From assembly GCF_009914755.1 (NCBI RefSeq), contig NC_060927.1: a stretch of DNA of 64,000 nucleotides; one strand, written 5' to 3'. The position numbers were made by a program, and so were the translations under genes. The notes under the pieces are model-generated. The model was not told where the DNA came from, did not search any database, and saw only the letters and a program-made list of their open reading frames with translations. The stretch is from the human T2T-CHM13v2.0 reference genome, Homo sapiens. The stretch's first letter is position 1. The number at the start of each line of letters is the position of its first letter. Shown here piece by piece: positions 29,030-43,440 of the stretch.

Positions 29030-30290
29030 AGTTTCTTGCTGGCCATTTTAATGTATCTTTGAATAAACACCTGTTCAAGCCCTTTGGTTATTTTGAGTTA
29101 TTTGTTTTTTGGATCTTGATTTAAAGTAGTTCCTTACATGTTTTGGAGATTACTCTTTATCAGACTTATGTTTTGCAAACATTTTTCCCATTCCATAGGT
29201 TACCATTTCACTCTGTGGACTGTCTCCTTTACTGTGCAGAAGCATTTTAGTTTGATGCAATCCTACTTGTCAATTTTTGCTTTTTTTTTCCTGTGCTTTT
29301 GTTACCATTTGTTGCCATTGCATTTGGTATCATATCCAAGAAATCATTGCCAAGACCATTGTCAAGAAGCTTTCCTCCTATGTTTTTTTCTAGGAGTTTC
29401 ACAGTTTTGATTCTTAATCGATTTTGAGTTGATTTTTGTATATGGCATAAGACAAGAGTCCAATTGCATTATTTTACAAGCAGTTATCCTGTTTTCCCAA
29501 GAGCATTTGTTGAAGACACTATCCTTTCCCCCTTGTGTATTCTTCTGAGCACCCTTGTCAGACATCAGTTGATGGTACAGTAATGAGCTGTATAGTGATG
29601 TTTTGATCAATGATGAATGACTTTTAAGTTGTGATCCCATAAGATTATAATACTGTATTTTTATCACATCTTTTCTATGTTTAGCTACACAAATACTATT
29701 TTTTTTACAATTGCCTAGGGTATTCAGTACAGTAACATGTTATTCAGGTTTGAAGCCTAGGACCAATAGGCTATACAATATAGTCTAGATGTGTACTAGG
29801 TTATACCACCTAGGTTTGTATAAGTACAATCTATGATGTTTGCAGAACAATGAAATCACCTAATGGCATTTTTCTCAGAACACATCCCCTTCATTAAGTG
29901 ACTCTTGATTGTATATAAATTGTTTTTTTGCGGGGCTTTCTAATCTGTTCCGTTGATCTAAATGTCTGTCTTTATGCCAGTCCTATATTGTTTTGACTGC
30001 TGTAACTTTATATTTTGAAATCAGGAAGTGTGATGACTTCAACTTTATACTTCTCAAGATTGCTTTGCCTTTTCAAGGTCTGTTGTTTTGCCATATGAAA
30101 TTTAGAATTGCTTTTTCTATTTCTATAAGAAATGTTATTGGAATTTTAATGGGTATAGCATGAGATCTGTAGTTTTGTTGATAGTATGGATATTTTAACA
30201 ATATTAATTTATTCGATCTGAACATGAATGCCTTTCCATTTATTTGTGTCTCCTTCACTCTTTTTCATTAACATTATTTTACTTCCTTTG
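29030..30290 (-). mobile_element. L1MA-like ORF2 fragment
   Basis: ORFs 29362-29667 (KDSVFNKCSWEN, PYTKINSK) and 30073-30258 (AIPIKIP...ILNFIW). Confidence 0.85.
29578..29911. mobile_element. Tigger3a/MER7A-like DNA transposon
   Basis: TA-flanked; cccataagattataatactgtatttt...attcagtacagtaacatg...ttctcagaacacatcccc...ttaagtgac. Confidence 0.88.
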
Positions 30291-30329
30291 TTAATTGCAT
30301 GTATTTTAAAATTCAACATCAGGCACTAA

Positions 30330-31040
30330 ATTTTGCTTTGTTTTGTGCTTGGTATTTTTGTATCTCCATAAATATGTTTGGGCTTTGTTCTAAAAAGCTG
30401 TTAAGCAATTTAAAAACCATATCATCCCTTTGCCACTTGCTTCAAAACTTCGTTAGATAGGACCTGAGCAGCCTTCCATTGGGAAAATGCCATTCTGCAT
30501 AATCTACACAAGTCCCATGAATTAGAATATTTTTCTACTCAGTCTGGTGGAAACATAAACATTTCCCAGTTTTGTGTAAATTCCAGAGACAGTATTACAT
30601 GCCCTTTCAGGTAATTCTCAGGCAGTTTTCTCCCACACATGCATTCATCAGTAGTAAGCTGAAAACTCAAAAGGGATCTTCTGCAAAGCTCTAGAGCTGC
30701 CTGTCTATGCACATTTCTTCTCTCTAGCATGCTGTCTTGTAAACTGTAATCACTCAGGCCTTCATGGACATTTACCTTCATATTCTCACCTCTGGGAGAC
30801 CACAAGACTCCACCTGTCTTCCCCTCCTGTACTATGGCTTGTAAATACTCTTTAGGAAGTAAGACAAGGCAATCATGGACCCTGTTCGTTTGTTTCTATT
30901 CCCTCAAGGATTGTTGTTTTCGACTGCCAGATACCCAGTCCTTGAAAAACATGTTTACTATTGTATCCAGTTTTGTTATTTATTTCAGCTGAGGGGAAAA
31001 ATTTATTCTAGGTTGATCCCTATTGCTAAAAGCAGAAGTA
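30330..31040 (-). mobile_element. Old L1M 5' region
   Basis: cagtctggtggaaac...catgcattcatcagta...gctgaaaactcaaaagggatcttctgc...agcagaagt resembles antisense L1MD/ME 5' ends. Confidence 0.6.
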
Positions 31041-31730
31041 GAAAAATTATTGAAACCGGGAATAATAAACTTATACAACCTTTGAAAGGTTTGGGGCCTG
31101 AGATCAGAAAGGCTGTTTCCAATATAAAGTACAAGAACTGATGGCAAGATTCTTCCAGTCCTGCTAGTCACTTATAAAAATCATCATGGTGGGTGATTTT
31201 TCTGGAAGACCTCACTCTTCCCAACCTGAAATCCAAGGGAATTCTCTACTAGTTATATTAGCTGTTTGCGTACAACAAGGGATTCCAGAAAGACTTCTGA
31301 GAGTCAGGAAAAGCCACTGTAGATGATCTCTACTGCCTGAATGCAGGTGCCACTGTAGAAACAGAGCTTATTTGTCTCCTAAAGATATCACTAGAGAACC
31401 TTCCATTGGTAGCTCTAACTAAGAGTAATAGTGTAAAAGAACTGTGACAATCGTAGGCTTGATCTTCTCCCCTGCAGGAGAAATGGAGGTCAGGGTAATG
31501 CCAGTTTGACAATGGAAAATCTAGCATAATCTATGTTAATGAAGTGTAGCATAATATTTGACATGTAGTAGATATTTGACAAGTATTGAATGAAAGAATG
31601 AAATGAGTTTTGGTAAGGAGTTAAATATATATTTGTTTTATTTTTAAATTTCTTATTTTTAAGCATTAAGGGTACATAATAGGTATATATATTTATAGAT
31701 TACATGTGATACTTTGATTCAGGCCCATGA

Positions 31731-32030
<300 letters not shown>

Positions 32031-32220
32031 TAATAGGCCATTACGTTATTCAGCAGATCTGGTTTTTTTTTTTTTTTTTTGCTATAAGATAAATGACTCC
32101 TTTATTTTTTTAAACAGAGTATATAAAATACACTTGAATGAAATGTCACACTGTTTAGATAGAGAAATTGCTGAAGGCATGACTAAATATCTCTAAAGAG
32201 ATGGATGGAATAAATACTAA

Positions 32221-32584
<364 letters not shown>

Positions 32585-33859
32585 ACTAGTTTTTCTATAA
32601 CCCTGTAGTATTCTGTCTGAAGGATCTTAAACATGGTACTATTTTACAGTTTACAAAAAGTGTTTCATGTTTAAAATATAATGCTAAATGAGAGATTTTG
32701 ATATTTCAATTCTGATAGCTATAGAACTAAAATTAAAAATACCATAAACTATTACAAGAAGAATTTAGGTTAAGTTTCTTGGAAACAGTATAGTGGGTAT
32801 GCATTGTTGAGCATGCTTACTTATACATAATTAAATCATACTGATATCACTGTATTATACGTGCTTGTTTTCTTCTTTTTAAACCAGAATCATAATAGAA
32901 TCTCTCTAATCAGTGGCTGTTATTAACTGTGAAGCAAAAAAAATTCCAACATCCCAGGCAAATGGTTAATGGAGAAAATGTCTGTGTTATCAGGCTGTAC
33001 TTATTAGCCATTATTATTATTTTGGATTACATCAAGTGGCCAAGATAAAATATGTTCACTGAAAGTGCCTAATTTAACTAAATTGTCTTTATTAACAAGG
33101 CCCTATTAAGTGGTTTCAGCTGTAATAGCATTTGAGTTCCATTAGGTTTTGAAGTGATTTAGAAATTCAAATTATTTTTAAAAATTAGATGTCAGGGTAC
33201 TGTATAATTAGTAAATACTAGGTTGAAGTTGCAAATTTATACTCAGTAGAGAAATTAAGCAGAAATATTGGGTGTTGTTGAACTACAAACATAGAGTTGA
33301 TAAAACACTTTTAAAGCAACTTGTTTTTGGGCATATGTAATAGAAAATATTTAAGCATTAAAAAATATTATGTTTATTTTAGTAAGATATAAATACAAAA
33401 ATTAAACTCATAATTTTCATTATAAAGGAAAAAACTATAATAGATATTTTACTTGTATACCCACATAGGGAACCTGCTAATTAATTTCAATAAATAATTG
33501 TACCACGTAATTCTTAAAATTATGTCTGATATAAAAAGAATAAAATAAACACATAAATAATAAAATAAGATCTCTAATGTACTCCTGAAAAGGTCATTAA
33601 TGGTAATAAAATTTTAAATTAATTTTAAGAGGAAAACTCAGTTTCCTAAATCAATAGCAAAGAATAGAATAAAGCTGGAATTTATTTTATTGTGTCTTTT
33701 GTTAATATTCCATATGTTGATTCATATTTCCTGTGCTAACACTATGCAGTCAGCATTCTTTTAGCCTCTAAATATATAGTGACAAGAAACACAGGCATGA
33801 TTTCTTCTGGAGGATGACAATTCATATTAAGTAGTTACTTTTGGCAAATTCTATTAAAG

Positions 33860-36360
33860 AAAAATTCAAGAAAAAAAATTCTAAATCAACTTTTGCAGGA
33901 AACTGCAGAGAAGAGAATAATTTGCAACCCATTCTTCTGAGGCCCAAATTAACTCAATACCAACACAACATAAGGACACTATAAGAAAACTGTAAGTACT
34001 CTTCATAAGCACAGGTATGATAATTTTTAAATTAAAATTTAATAAATGAAATCCAACAATACACAAAATTGATTCTACATTGCAACTAAGAAGGGTTTAT
34101 ACCAGGAATGCAAGGTTAGTTTACCATTAAAAGAACAAAATCAGAAAAGTATGTGGTCATCTCGCTAGAGGTTTAAAAAAAAGCATTTAAGAAAAATAAA
34201 AATCTATTTATTTATAAAAATAGCAGGAATCTGGGGAAGAAATCAAATGTTCTCAGTCTCAAGAAGGGCATTTTGAAAAAAATATACAAGTAAAATACTT
34301 ATTTGTAAAAGAATGAATCTTTTTCCATTTAAGATTAAGAAAAAAGTCAGGGATGTTTGCACTCACAAATTCTTTTCAATATTTCAGTATAAAAAGTCAA
34401 GAGAAATACATAAAAGCCATTCAGATTGAGTAAAAGCTGTAAAACAGTCTTTTTGTCTCATAAAATCATGTATATATAAATCCTATGAAAACAACACAAA
34501 AATACTTAAACTAATAAGTGTTTTTGTATTACCTAATAATTTTACAGGATAAAAGGCCAGTACAAAAAAAAAGAAACAAGTTATTTTGGTATACCAGCAA
34601 TGTATACTTGGAAATTGAAATTAAAAATTGAGTAACACTTACATGGGCATCAAAAATATGTAATACTTTAGGATAAATATGATAAAAGACATGCAAAATA
34701 TGTGTATTAAAAACTAACATATTTTGAGGGAGAAATTAACCAATATCTAAATAAATGGAGTTATATTCCATGCTCATGGAACTGAAAATTCAGTATTACT
34801 AAATTGTCAATTTCTCCAAATTAATGTTTAGACTTACAAGAATCTACACCAAAATTCCAGCAGGCATTTTAATAAAAATATAAAATCTGATTCTAGAATT
34901 CATATAACAATGCAAGAAACTAGAACAGCTAAAACAACTTCGAAAAAAGAACCAAGTTTGAAGACTTATTCTACTAGATTTCAAGATTTATTATGAGGTT
35001 TCCATAACCAAAAGAGTAGTATAGTATTGGCAGCAAAAGAGGCAACCAGATAAATGAAAGTGAATTCAATGTTCAGATATAGACCCATATGTAGATAATT
35101 TTTGAAAAAGTAATGAAGATAATTCATTGGAGAAAAATAAAATATTTCAACAAGTGTATTAAAACAATTGTGTATTTGTGTGTAAAGAAAAAGTAAACTT
35201 TCATCTATACATTGAACCATATTCTGACATTAACTAAAAATGAATCATGGACTTAAATGTGAAGCCTAAAGCTAAAATATTTAGGAAATTTTCAAAAATC
35301 GGAAAAAAATCCTCGTGACCCGATAGTACAAAGGTTCCTTAACTATAACACCAAAATATAATCCATAAAGAAATCCATTTAAGTTAGTAATCTCTGAACT
35401 TCAAAAAATACAATTAAATGAATAAAAGACTACCCACAGACTGGGAAAACATGTTTGCATATGACGTATGTAATAATGACAAATCCAGAAATCCAAAACA
35501 TCGTAATGATAAAATAAACATTCCAAACAAAATAGGCAAAATATATAAGCAGACATTTCACCAAAGAATATATTCAGAGGAAACTAAGCACAGAAAATGC
35601 TGCCTAACATTATCTGTTCATTATAAATCCTTAATGAAATACCAGTACACATTTATTAGTATTGCCAAAGTTAAAAAAGACTACTTATAACAAATTTTGG
35701 CAAGGATTTGAAGCAATTAGACTTTCATAGATTGCTAATGGGAATGTAAAATGGTACAACTATTTACAAAAACAGTATGGCAGTTTTATACAAATACAGA
35801 CATACATATACCATATGAATCAATTTTTCCGCCTATAGGTTTCTACTCAAGACAAATGAGAGATACGTCCATGGAAACATTTGTACGCATAAGCAGTTTA
35901 TTTATAATAAGTAAAAAAATGTAAACAACCAAAATGATCATCAGCAAATAAATGGGTAAACAGTATGGTATATACATGCAATGGAATACTAATTAGCAAT
36001 CAACAATAATAATCTAGTGTTACACACACAACATGGATAGATCTCAAAATAATCATCATGAATGGAAGAAGTAAGATAAAAAGTAAATACTGCATAATTC
36101 CATTCACATGAAATTCTAGAAAATTAATACTACTACTTGCAAAGAAAGCAAATCAATTTTTTCCAGGGAGAAGGTGGGTAGAGAGGGTTGGTAAGGAGAG
36201 ATTATAAGTGTCACAATAAGCTTTGGAGGTAATGGATATGCTTATTGTCTTAATTTTATTTATGATTTTATGCATCTATATCCGTTCCAAACTTCCAAAA
36301 TTTTAATATCTGCCAGGATGTTGAGTGCCAATTGTAACTCAGTGAATCATTTGAAAATAA
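33860..36360 (+). mobile_element. Old L1M (L1MC/ME-like) ORF2 and 3' UTR
   Basis: gggtttataccaggaatgcaagg, ccatgctcatgga, cccacagactgggaaaac, gggaatgtaaaatggtacaac and caatggaatact. Confidence 0.85.
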
Positions 36361-36709
36361 ATAAATGAATAAACAAATAATCATCTGATAAGATTATAAT
36401 AGAATGTATTTGCTTTCCAGGACTGAGAGGAAAACTCCCGGTATAGTTATTTCACTTCTATGTAGAAAAGGTCACAGAGAAATCAATATCTATGTACTTA
36501 ATTATATATATTTTTTTTTACATAAATTTTTCCAGATGACCTCAAGCACCTAAATCATCTTTTAAAATGGTGATTGATGAATTCTCCAGAATTTATATTC
36601 TATAAAAGTTGATCAATACTATTTGAACCAGGAACATCAACACAAATTTTACCAGATTACCCACATCATCATAGTAGATATTGAACATATTTTCATTAAA
36701 TATCTAGTT

Positions 36710-37050
36710 TTTAAAAATGTTTATTAAATTGACAAATTTAAATTGACAAATAATAATTGTACATATTCATGAGGTACATAGTAATGTTTTGTTACTTATA
36801 ATGTATAGTGATCAGATCTGGGTAATTAACATTTATTAATCTTTTGTTTTGGGAATGTTGAATATCCTCCTCTTAGCTATTTGAAACTATGTATTACTGT
36901 TAACTATAGCCATGCTTTAGTGCTACAGAACACTAGAATGTATTCTTCCTATCTAGCTGCAATTTTATATCCTTTAACAAATCTCTTCCTATCTCTCCCT
37001 TCTCCCTACCATTCTCAGCCTCTAGTATCCTTTGTTCTACTTTTTACTTA
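36710..37050 (-). mobile_element. L1MA-like 3' end
   Basis: ttgacaaataataattgtacatattcatgaggtacatagt...aacactagaatgtattcttcctatctagctg. Confidence 0.85.
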
Positions 37051-37678
37051 GATGCTAGAGGCCTGATGCCAACTATACATGTAACAAAATCCCCCCTCTA
37101 GAGCATCGGCTGGCTTGCCTTAAATTCATCTTTCATGCATGGTACCAGTCATAACAACTAAAAATGACTTTTTATCTGATATAAAGAACAAAATATTGTT
37201 TTGTACGTGCTTGCTAATATTATCTAATAGGCCTCTATGTGGTAAAAAGTAATGTGTGGCAAACTTTGGTTTGAGATGTATTTTAATTATAATTTGGCAG
37301 CAAGGTTTCAGTGTAATATCACTAAGCTTTATCTGCCTTAATTTTTTCACTGAATACAGTGTACACACTAAGAATTGTATTTAACTCAATTTGTTCTCAG
37401 GTGATACAAGAGAGTAAAAATCACTTTTTAAACATTTTAAGACATTGAAATCTTCAGCACTCTTTATTTAAATTATGCCACTTTTATTATCTCTAGTTAA
37501 TATTCCCAGATAGCTATTCATTTTGAAACTTCAGATTTTAAAAATGTCTGTATTGAAGAGCATCAGTCTAACAGGGTAGCTTTATTATTGTTGTCATATT
37601 TGAAACATTCTTAAGAATAGCAATCAAAAATATAAAAGCAAACTTTCAAAGTAAACTTGAAAGCAGCTTTTTCTTTCT

Positions 37679-38224
37679 TTTTTTATTATTATACTTTAAG
37701 TTCTGGGTTACATGTGCAGAACGTGCAGGTTTGTTACACAGGTATACATGTGCCATGGTGGTTTGCTGCACCCATCAGCCCATCACCTACATTAGGTATT
37801 TCTCCTAATGTTATCCCTCCCCTATCCCCCAACCCCTCCGACAGCCCTAACTGGAAATACCATTTGACCCAGAAATCCCATTACTAGGCATATATCCAAA
37901 GGACTATAAATCATTCTACGATAAAGACACATGCACATGTATGTTTATTGCAGCACTATTCACAATAGCAAAGACTTGAACCAACCCAAATGCCCATCAA
38001 TGATAGACTGGATTAAGAAAATGTGGCAGGTATATGCGATGGAATACTATGCAGCTATAAAAAAGGATGAGTTCATGTCCTTTGCAGGGACATGCATGAA
38101 GCTGGAAGCCATCATTCTCAGCCAACTGTCATAAGATCAGAAAACCAAACACCACATGTTCTCACTCATAAGTGTGAGTTGAACAATGAGAACACATGGA
38201 TACAGGAAGGGGAACGTCACACAC
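37679..38224 (-). mobile_element. Short L1PA (PA7/8-like) with 5' inversion
   Basis: Antisense 3' end at 37679-37847 is joined to a sense ORF2-end/3' UTR piece at 37848-38224. TSD cagctt(t/c)ttctttct at 37664-37678 and 38225-38239. Confidence 0.93.
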
Positions 38225-38357
38225 CAGCTTCTTCTTTCTAAGAGTAGGGCTTTAAATTTAACTTTGGAATCTATTGTCTCTCTGTTCTTTGGAAAAGCCT
38301 TTGAATGATCATTTCCATTAAGGACATTAAGATGTAAATGATAATGGAGAATCTTAA

Positions 38358-38673
<316 letters not shown>

Positions 38674-39939
38674 ATCAGTTGTATTTTTTAAGCAAGTCTC
38701 TCTTCATAGATTCTATTCCTGATACAGTATATACATGTGTTCTTAAATACAGAATTATACACCCCACACGCACTTGTCATGATTGTGCGTTATCACTTGC
38801 CTGTTGTTCCTTCGGTATTATTTGAATAATTACACAAAAAGGCTTGCCAATATAGAATAACAGTTTCCTCTCAACTTCTGCCCAAAGAAAATCAAGAGAA
38901 GCAAAACAAAGTTTGATGAAGTACCAGGTGGATTGGACTGTTAAGTTCCATATGTGGAGTTATTTCGTACCCAATAACCCAGACCTTTGCAAATGTCATG
39001 AGATTGAAATTTGGATTATTTATTTATTTATTTTTGCAACCCTACTCCTGATGCTGGAGGTGGTGTTTATTACCTCCTGACAATTATCCTGGACCAAAGC
39101 CAATCTTCTGGCAAAAGATTAGTACTTGGAGAATAGGACTACACTAGTCTGAAAGGCAAATGGTTGACTCTCTTAGGCCTTAGAGAGACAGGTTCTTGAC
39201 TTACAGCAAAAGGAGGTGATGCCCAAACCCCTCCTCACTGCAAATAGGAGTGTTGTTGAGATGATTGTCTTTCCTCTACCACAATGACCCATACTAGAGG
39301 TTGAGCAATAAACTGCATAACTTTCGAAATGCTATAGAGGAGATTGAGTCTTTGGATTCTCCAGGCAGCCATACTTAATCTAACAGTTTGAAATATTTGC
39401 TTTGTAATTCTAATATTTCAGTGAAGAAGATGAAGTTTCTTCTTCATTGAAAGAAAATAAAGGTCACGTCTGTGATCATCGTTCGAGACCAAGTACCAAA
39501 GAAAACAGCAACATCTGGCTGAAGGAGGCTTCTTCTGAGATGGCAACAGGCAACTGCAGAAGAGAGGAGGGTAGTTTGTAATTAGACTGATGGCAAGCAA
39601 CATTTGGGCATGTGCAAAAATATCTCTGATCACTGTGTTTTCACCTTAAAAGGAAGTGTGACTCAAAGTTAGGAACCATTATTTATATACAGCTTTTGTC
39701 ATTCAGTTCACTGACAAGAGTTAAAAGGCACTTTATTTTATTTACAATATCTCAGTAGACTTTGATACTAAATAATATAAAGTGTGAAAAAACTGTATAT
39801 GTAAAAGAATATAGTAGGCATACTTTGGTTAGAATTGTGAATTTGGGGAGAAACTAAACTCTAATAATAGGTAATTAGGAAAATTATAATAGATTTACTT
39901 ATTCAAGCTCTTGTAACCACTAATAAATGGTTATGAAGC

Positions 39940-40190
39940 CTCTGTCAATATACAGGTAAATGCTTATTGTAAATTGTTAAGTGAAAAAAATGATGGATAT
40001 AAAATGTCATGCCATGACAAGAGCAATTGTACTAGAGAAGAAAACAATCAGGAAATAATATACAGAAAGGATTGGAAGGGTTATAGTAGGGTTGTTCAAT
40101 TATAATTATTTTAATTATTTTCTTCCAGAGTACTAATTATATTAAATAGCTTTTATAATTAAAAATAAAGAAGAGATACATTTAAAAAGA
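39940..40190 (+). mobile_element. L1ME-like 3' end
   Basis: attgttaagtgaaaaaa...aaggattggaagg...ttttataattaaaaataaa. Confidence 0.5.
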
Positions 40191-41140
40191 AGAAAGGCAG
40201 ACTTATCTATCTAGGTAGACTGAACACTGAGACAAGAGGCAAACACAAAAAGCTAATTGAGGTACTTTGGTTGCTCAAACAAGAGTGTAGGTGGAATAAG
40301 AACTTTTTATTCTGCCAGGCAACTAAATTTCATTGTTTACCTAGGCAGAAAGCCAAAGCACCATAGTCCAAGATCAAAATATTTTGCAGGTTAGAAATTT
40401 TTATTTGTGAAAAGAGAGCTTATTCAAACAAATTTGACTGCCTATGGCCAGAAATTATGTTTTCTTGTTCCGCAAATCTGTCAGGGTCTACAGGAAGTGC
40501 TCATCCTTCATCAGGATGAAGTTCTCTGGGTCTTTGGCTTGATGAGAGGAGTCAATTCATGGTCCTTGAATTCTCCCGTAGTAGATAAAGGGAGGGAAAA
40601 GGCTGTTAATACTTTTCTCTTTATTTTTTATAATTTTCTTACATTATTTTATTGACTGTTTTCCAAATAGCCAACAGATAGGGCGGTGAAGTACATTAAT
40701 GTGTTATTATACAATATAATGCTAATATCAGTTTTGATTTCAACACCAAGGAAAGATATGTATCCAAAATATCTACATTGATGCTGTGATGAAAATAGAA
40801 GGCATGCATCTTCAGGGGTTTTAAGCTTCTCATTTTTTTCTTTCCTTGATTTCTAGCCCTCTTCTCTATTTCTCATCATTTCTTTTTTCTTTACTCTCTC
40901 CCTGTCAATATTTATTCTGAGGAAAGGATCTGAGTTAAAAACAAAGTTTCACTTGTCTTTTAAACTGTGTAAAAAATTAACTCTTCCTGGAAGATGAGCA
41001 TTTCAAAATGAGCAAAGTTTTAACTTTCAGTAAAATTTTGACTACTGTAAATAGTCCAGGTAGATTTGGGCTGGAAGGTGGATAAAAGTTATGGAGTAAT
41101 AAGTAACATTATGTCATCTAGACTAGGCCTTAAATCAAAC

Positions 41141-41936
41141 TTTTTTTGTGTTTTTTTAGTGGGTTTGAACCTTTAATAAAAATAAAAAATGAATGCAAAA
41201 AGAACACAATGTTGAAAACTTAGTATGAGTGAATCTCACTAGATGTTTAAATCTGGTAGAGTGTAAATTTTGTTCATACAGTTTTACATTTTTACAACTC
41301 AAATAACTTTGATTCATATATTTGCTATAAACTATTGGCAAGAAAAATCTTTGAATTTACATTTTTTTGGGTTACATAATTTCTAACTGATATAGATTTA
41401 CTTTCAGTTTAAGAGAAAAAGACTTATTGTGTGTGCATGATCACGTCTGTTTTAAAGATTCAATCACTGCTTTCTTCTAATAACTTCTGGTTTTTCATAA
41501 AATGCTGACATCATCATTGGAAATTTTTTTCATGTAATTAATTGTTTTCATTTTCAGAACATTTATAAGGGATCATTCCAAAGTTCAGAATGCTCCTATT
41601 TTTTAAAACAAAATTCCTCTAAACCAAATTAGCTTCAGGAACTTAAAAATGTACTCCAAGACACTTCCCTCGTAACAAAGCAAAAAACTCCAGCAAGGAT
41701 CATCACACACATGGAACGAAACACAAAGACCAGCACTCACAGGCAGCTTCCTCCAAGCTTCCATTGTGCTGACTGGTGACTTCTATTTAAGAGGAGTCTT
41801 TTAATCAACACTTTCACAGAATTTAAAACAAACCAAATACACGTAAAATGCAAAATACAGAAAGGTAAATTTGTAAGTGAAAATTACTAAAACTCACAAA
41901 ACTGGAGTATTTAAAAGGTTGAGCGTTCAGTGGAGG
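41141..41936 (-). pseudogene. Probable processed-pseudogene fragment (mRNA 3' UTR only), parent gene not identified
   Basis: Minus-strand ATTAAA at 41172-41177 lies 14 nt upstream of a genomic, degenerate A tail (41141-41157). About 780 bp of U-rich, 3'-UTR-like sequence resembles no repeat I know. No TSD found; the right boundary is uncertain. Confidence 0.6.
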
Positions 41937-42390
41937 TTATAACACAGAAGGAACTGACTAAAATATCTACCTCCTGAAGGAGGAAGAAAGAAGAGATTTG
42001 TTTTGTCATTCAGATCACTTCTAGCTTCCTCCTCCCCACATGGATGGTGCTAGAGGGTATATGTGCAGGAGGCAAACAGACAAAGCTAACAGAAAACGTA
42101 GTTGCTCATAAGAAATATATACATGGAAAGAGCAAGAAAGCAATAGAGTGTGATGATGTCATTTGAAATCCTGAATTCAAACCATACTTGTTCATCCTAT
42201 TTTCTCTTTCCCAATCATCATAGTCATCATCTACTTAGATAAAATTTATAGATCACTTACTACGTATAAGTCACCAGATTGAGGATATTCTGTGAGTATT
42301 GTCAATGCAATTTTTGTAATCTGGTAAAAAAGAGTTCTATTATTTTCTTTTTATAGATGAAAAAGTAGAAGGTCAGAGAGTTTAAGTCAC

Positions 42391-42800
42391 GGATTGGATT
42401 TCCCAGAAAGCAGGCTCTAATATGGAGTTTAGCAGGCAGGGTGTTTATTAAGGGGTGCTCCTGAGACCAACACCTATGGGATGGAAGAATAGAAAGTAGG
42501 GGTGGGAAGATGCGGAAGAGGAGCAGCAGTGCAGGCCTACAAGTGTTGCAAGAACCACTGAGAGCCCTTGGGCTATGCTGGTATTTCAAAGATGTTCCAT
42601 TGGAACACAAAATTACTTCTGTGTAGCCCACTTGATCGGTTCTTAGTGAGCCATCTTGGGAAGAGGGTGTGACTTTAGATGAGGCAGAATTTTTCAACAA
42701 AAGCAATTGGAGGCTGGGGCCTCTAGTATTCTCCATAGTTGAAACATCAAGCCTCTCACTGAAGAAAGATCTTGGTAGTGAATCACTGTGTATACCACAA
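42391..42800 (-). mobile_element. ERVL solo LTR (LTR16-like)
   Basis: ttcccagaaagcaggctct...ggagtttagcaggcagggtgtttattaagggg...caacacctatggg...gggtgtgacttt...tataccaca. Confidence 0.7.
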
Positions 42801-42879
42801 TAAGCAACTAATTCAGGATGTCATAAGAGGAGCAGGACACAAATCTTAGCAGTCTGAGTATAAATATTGATCTAAAACT

Positions 42880-43100
42880 TTAGTACACATGGACACAAAG
42901 ATGGGAACAATGGGGACTAGAAGGAGGAGGAGGGAGGAAACTGGGTGAAGGTTGAAAAACAATGTATTGGGTACTATGCTTACTATCTGGGTGACAGCAT
43001 CATTTGTAACCAAAACCTCAGCATCCTGCAATATACCATGTAACAAACCTGCACATGTACACCCTGAACCTAAAACAAAAGATGAAATTAAAAAAAAATA
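42880..43100 (+). mobile_element. L1PB/L1PA15-16-like 3' end
   Basis: gtacacatggacacaaagatgggaacaat...tattgggtactatgct...catgtaacaaacctgcacatgtac plus an A tail. Confidence 0.9.

Positions 43101-43440
<340 letters not shown>

Noticed and set aside
42302-42736. 144-aa minus-strand ORF
   Set aside because: It spans an LTR16-like LTR and a MIR, with no protein similarity I recognise.
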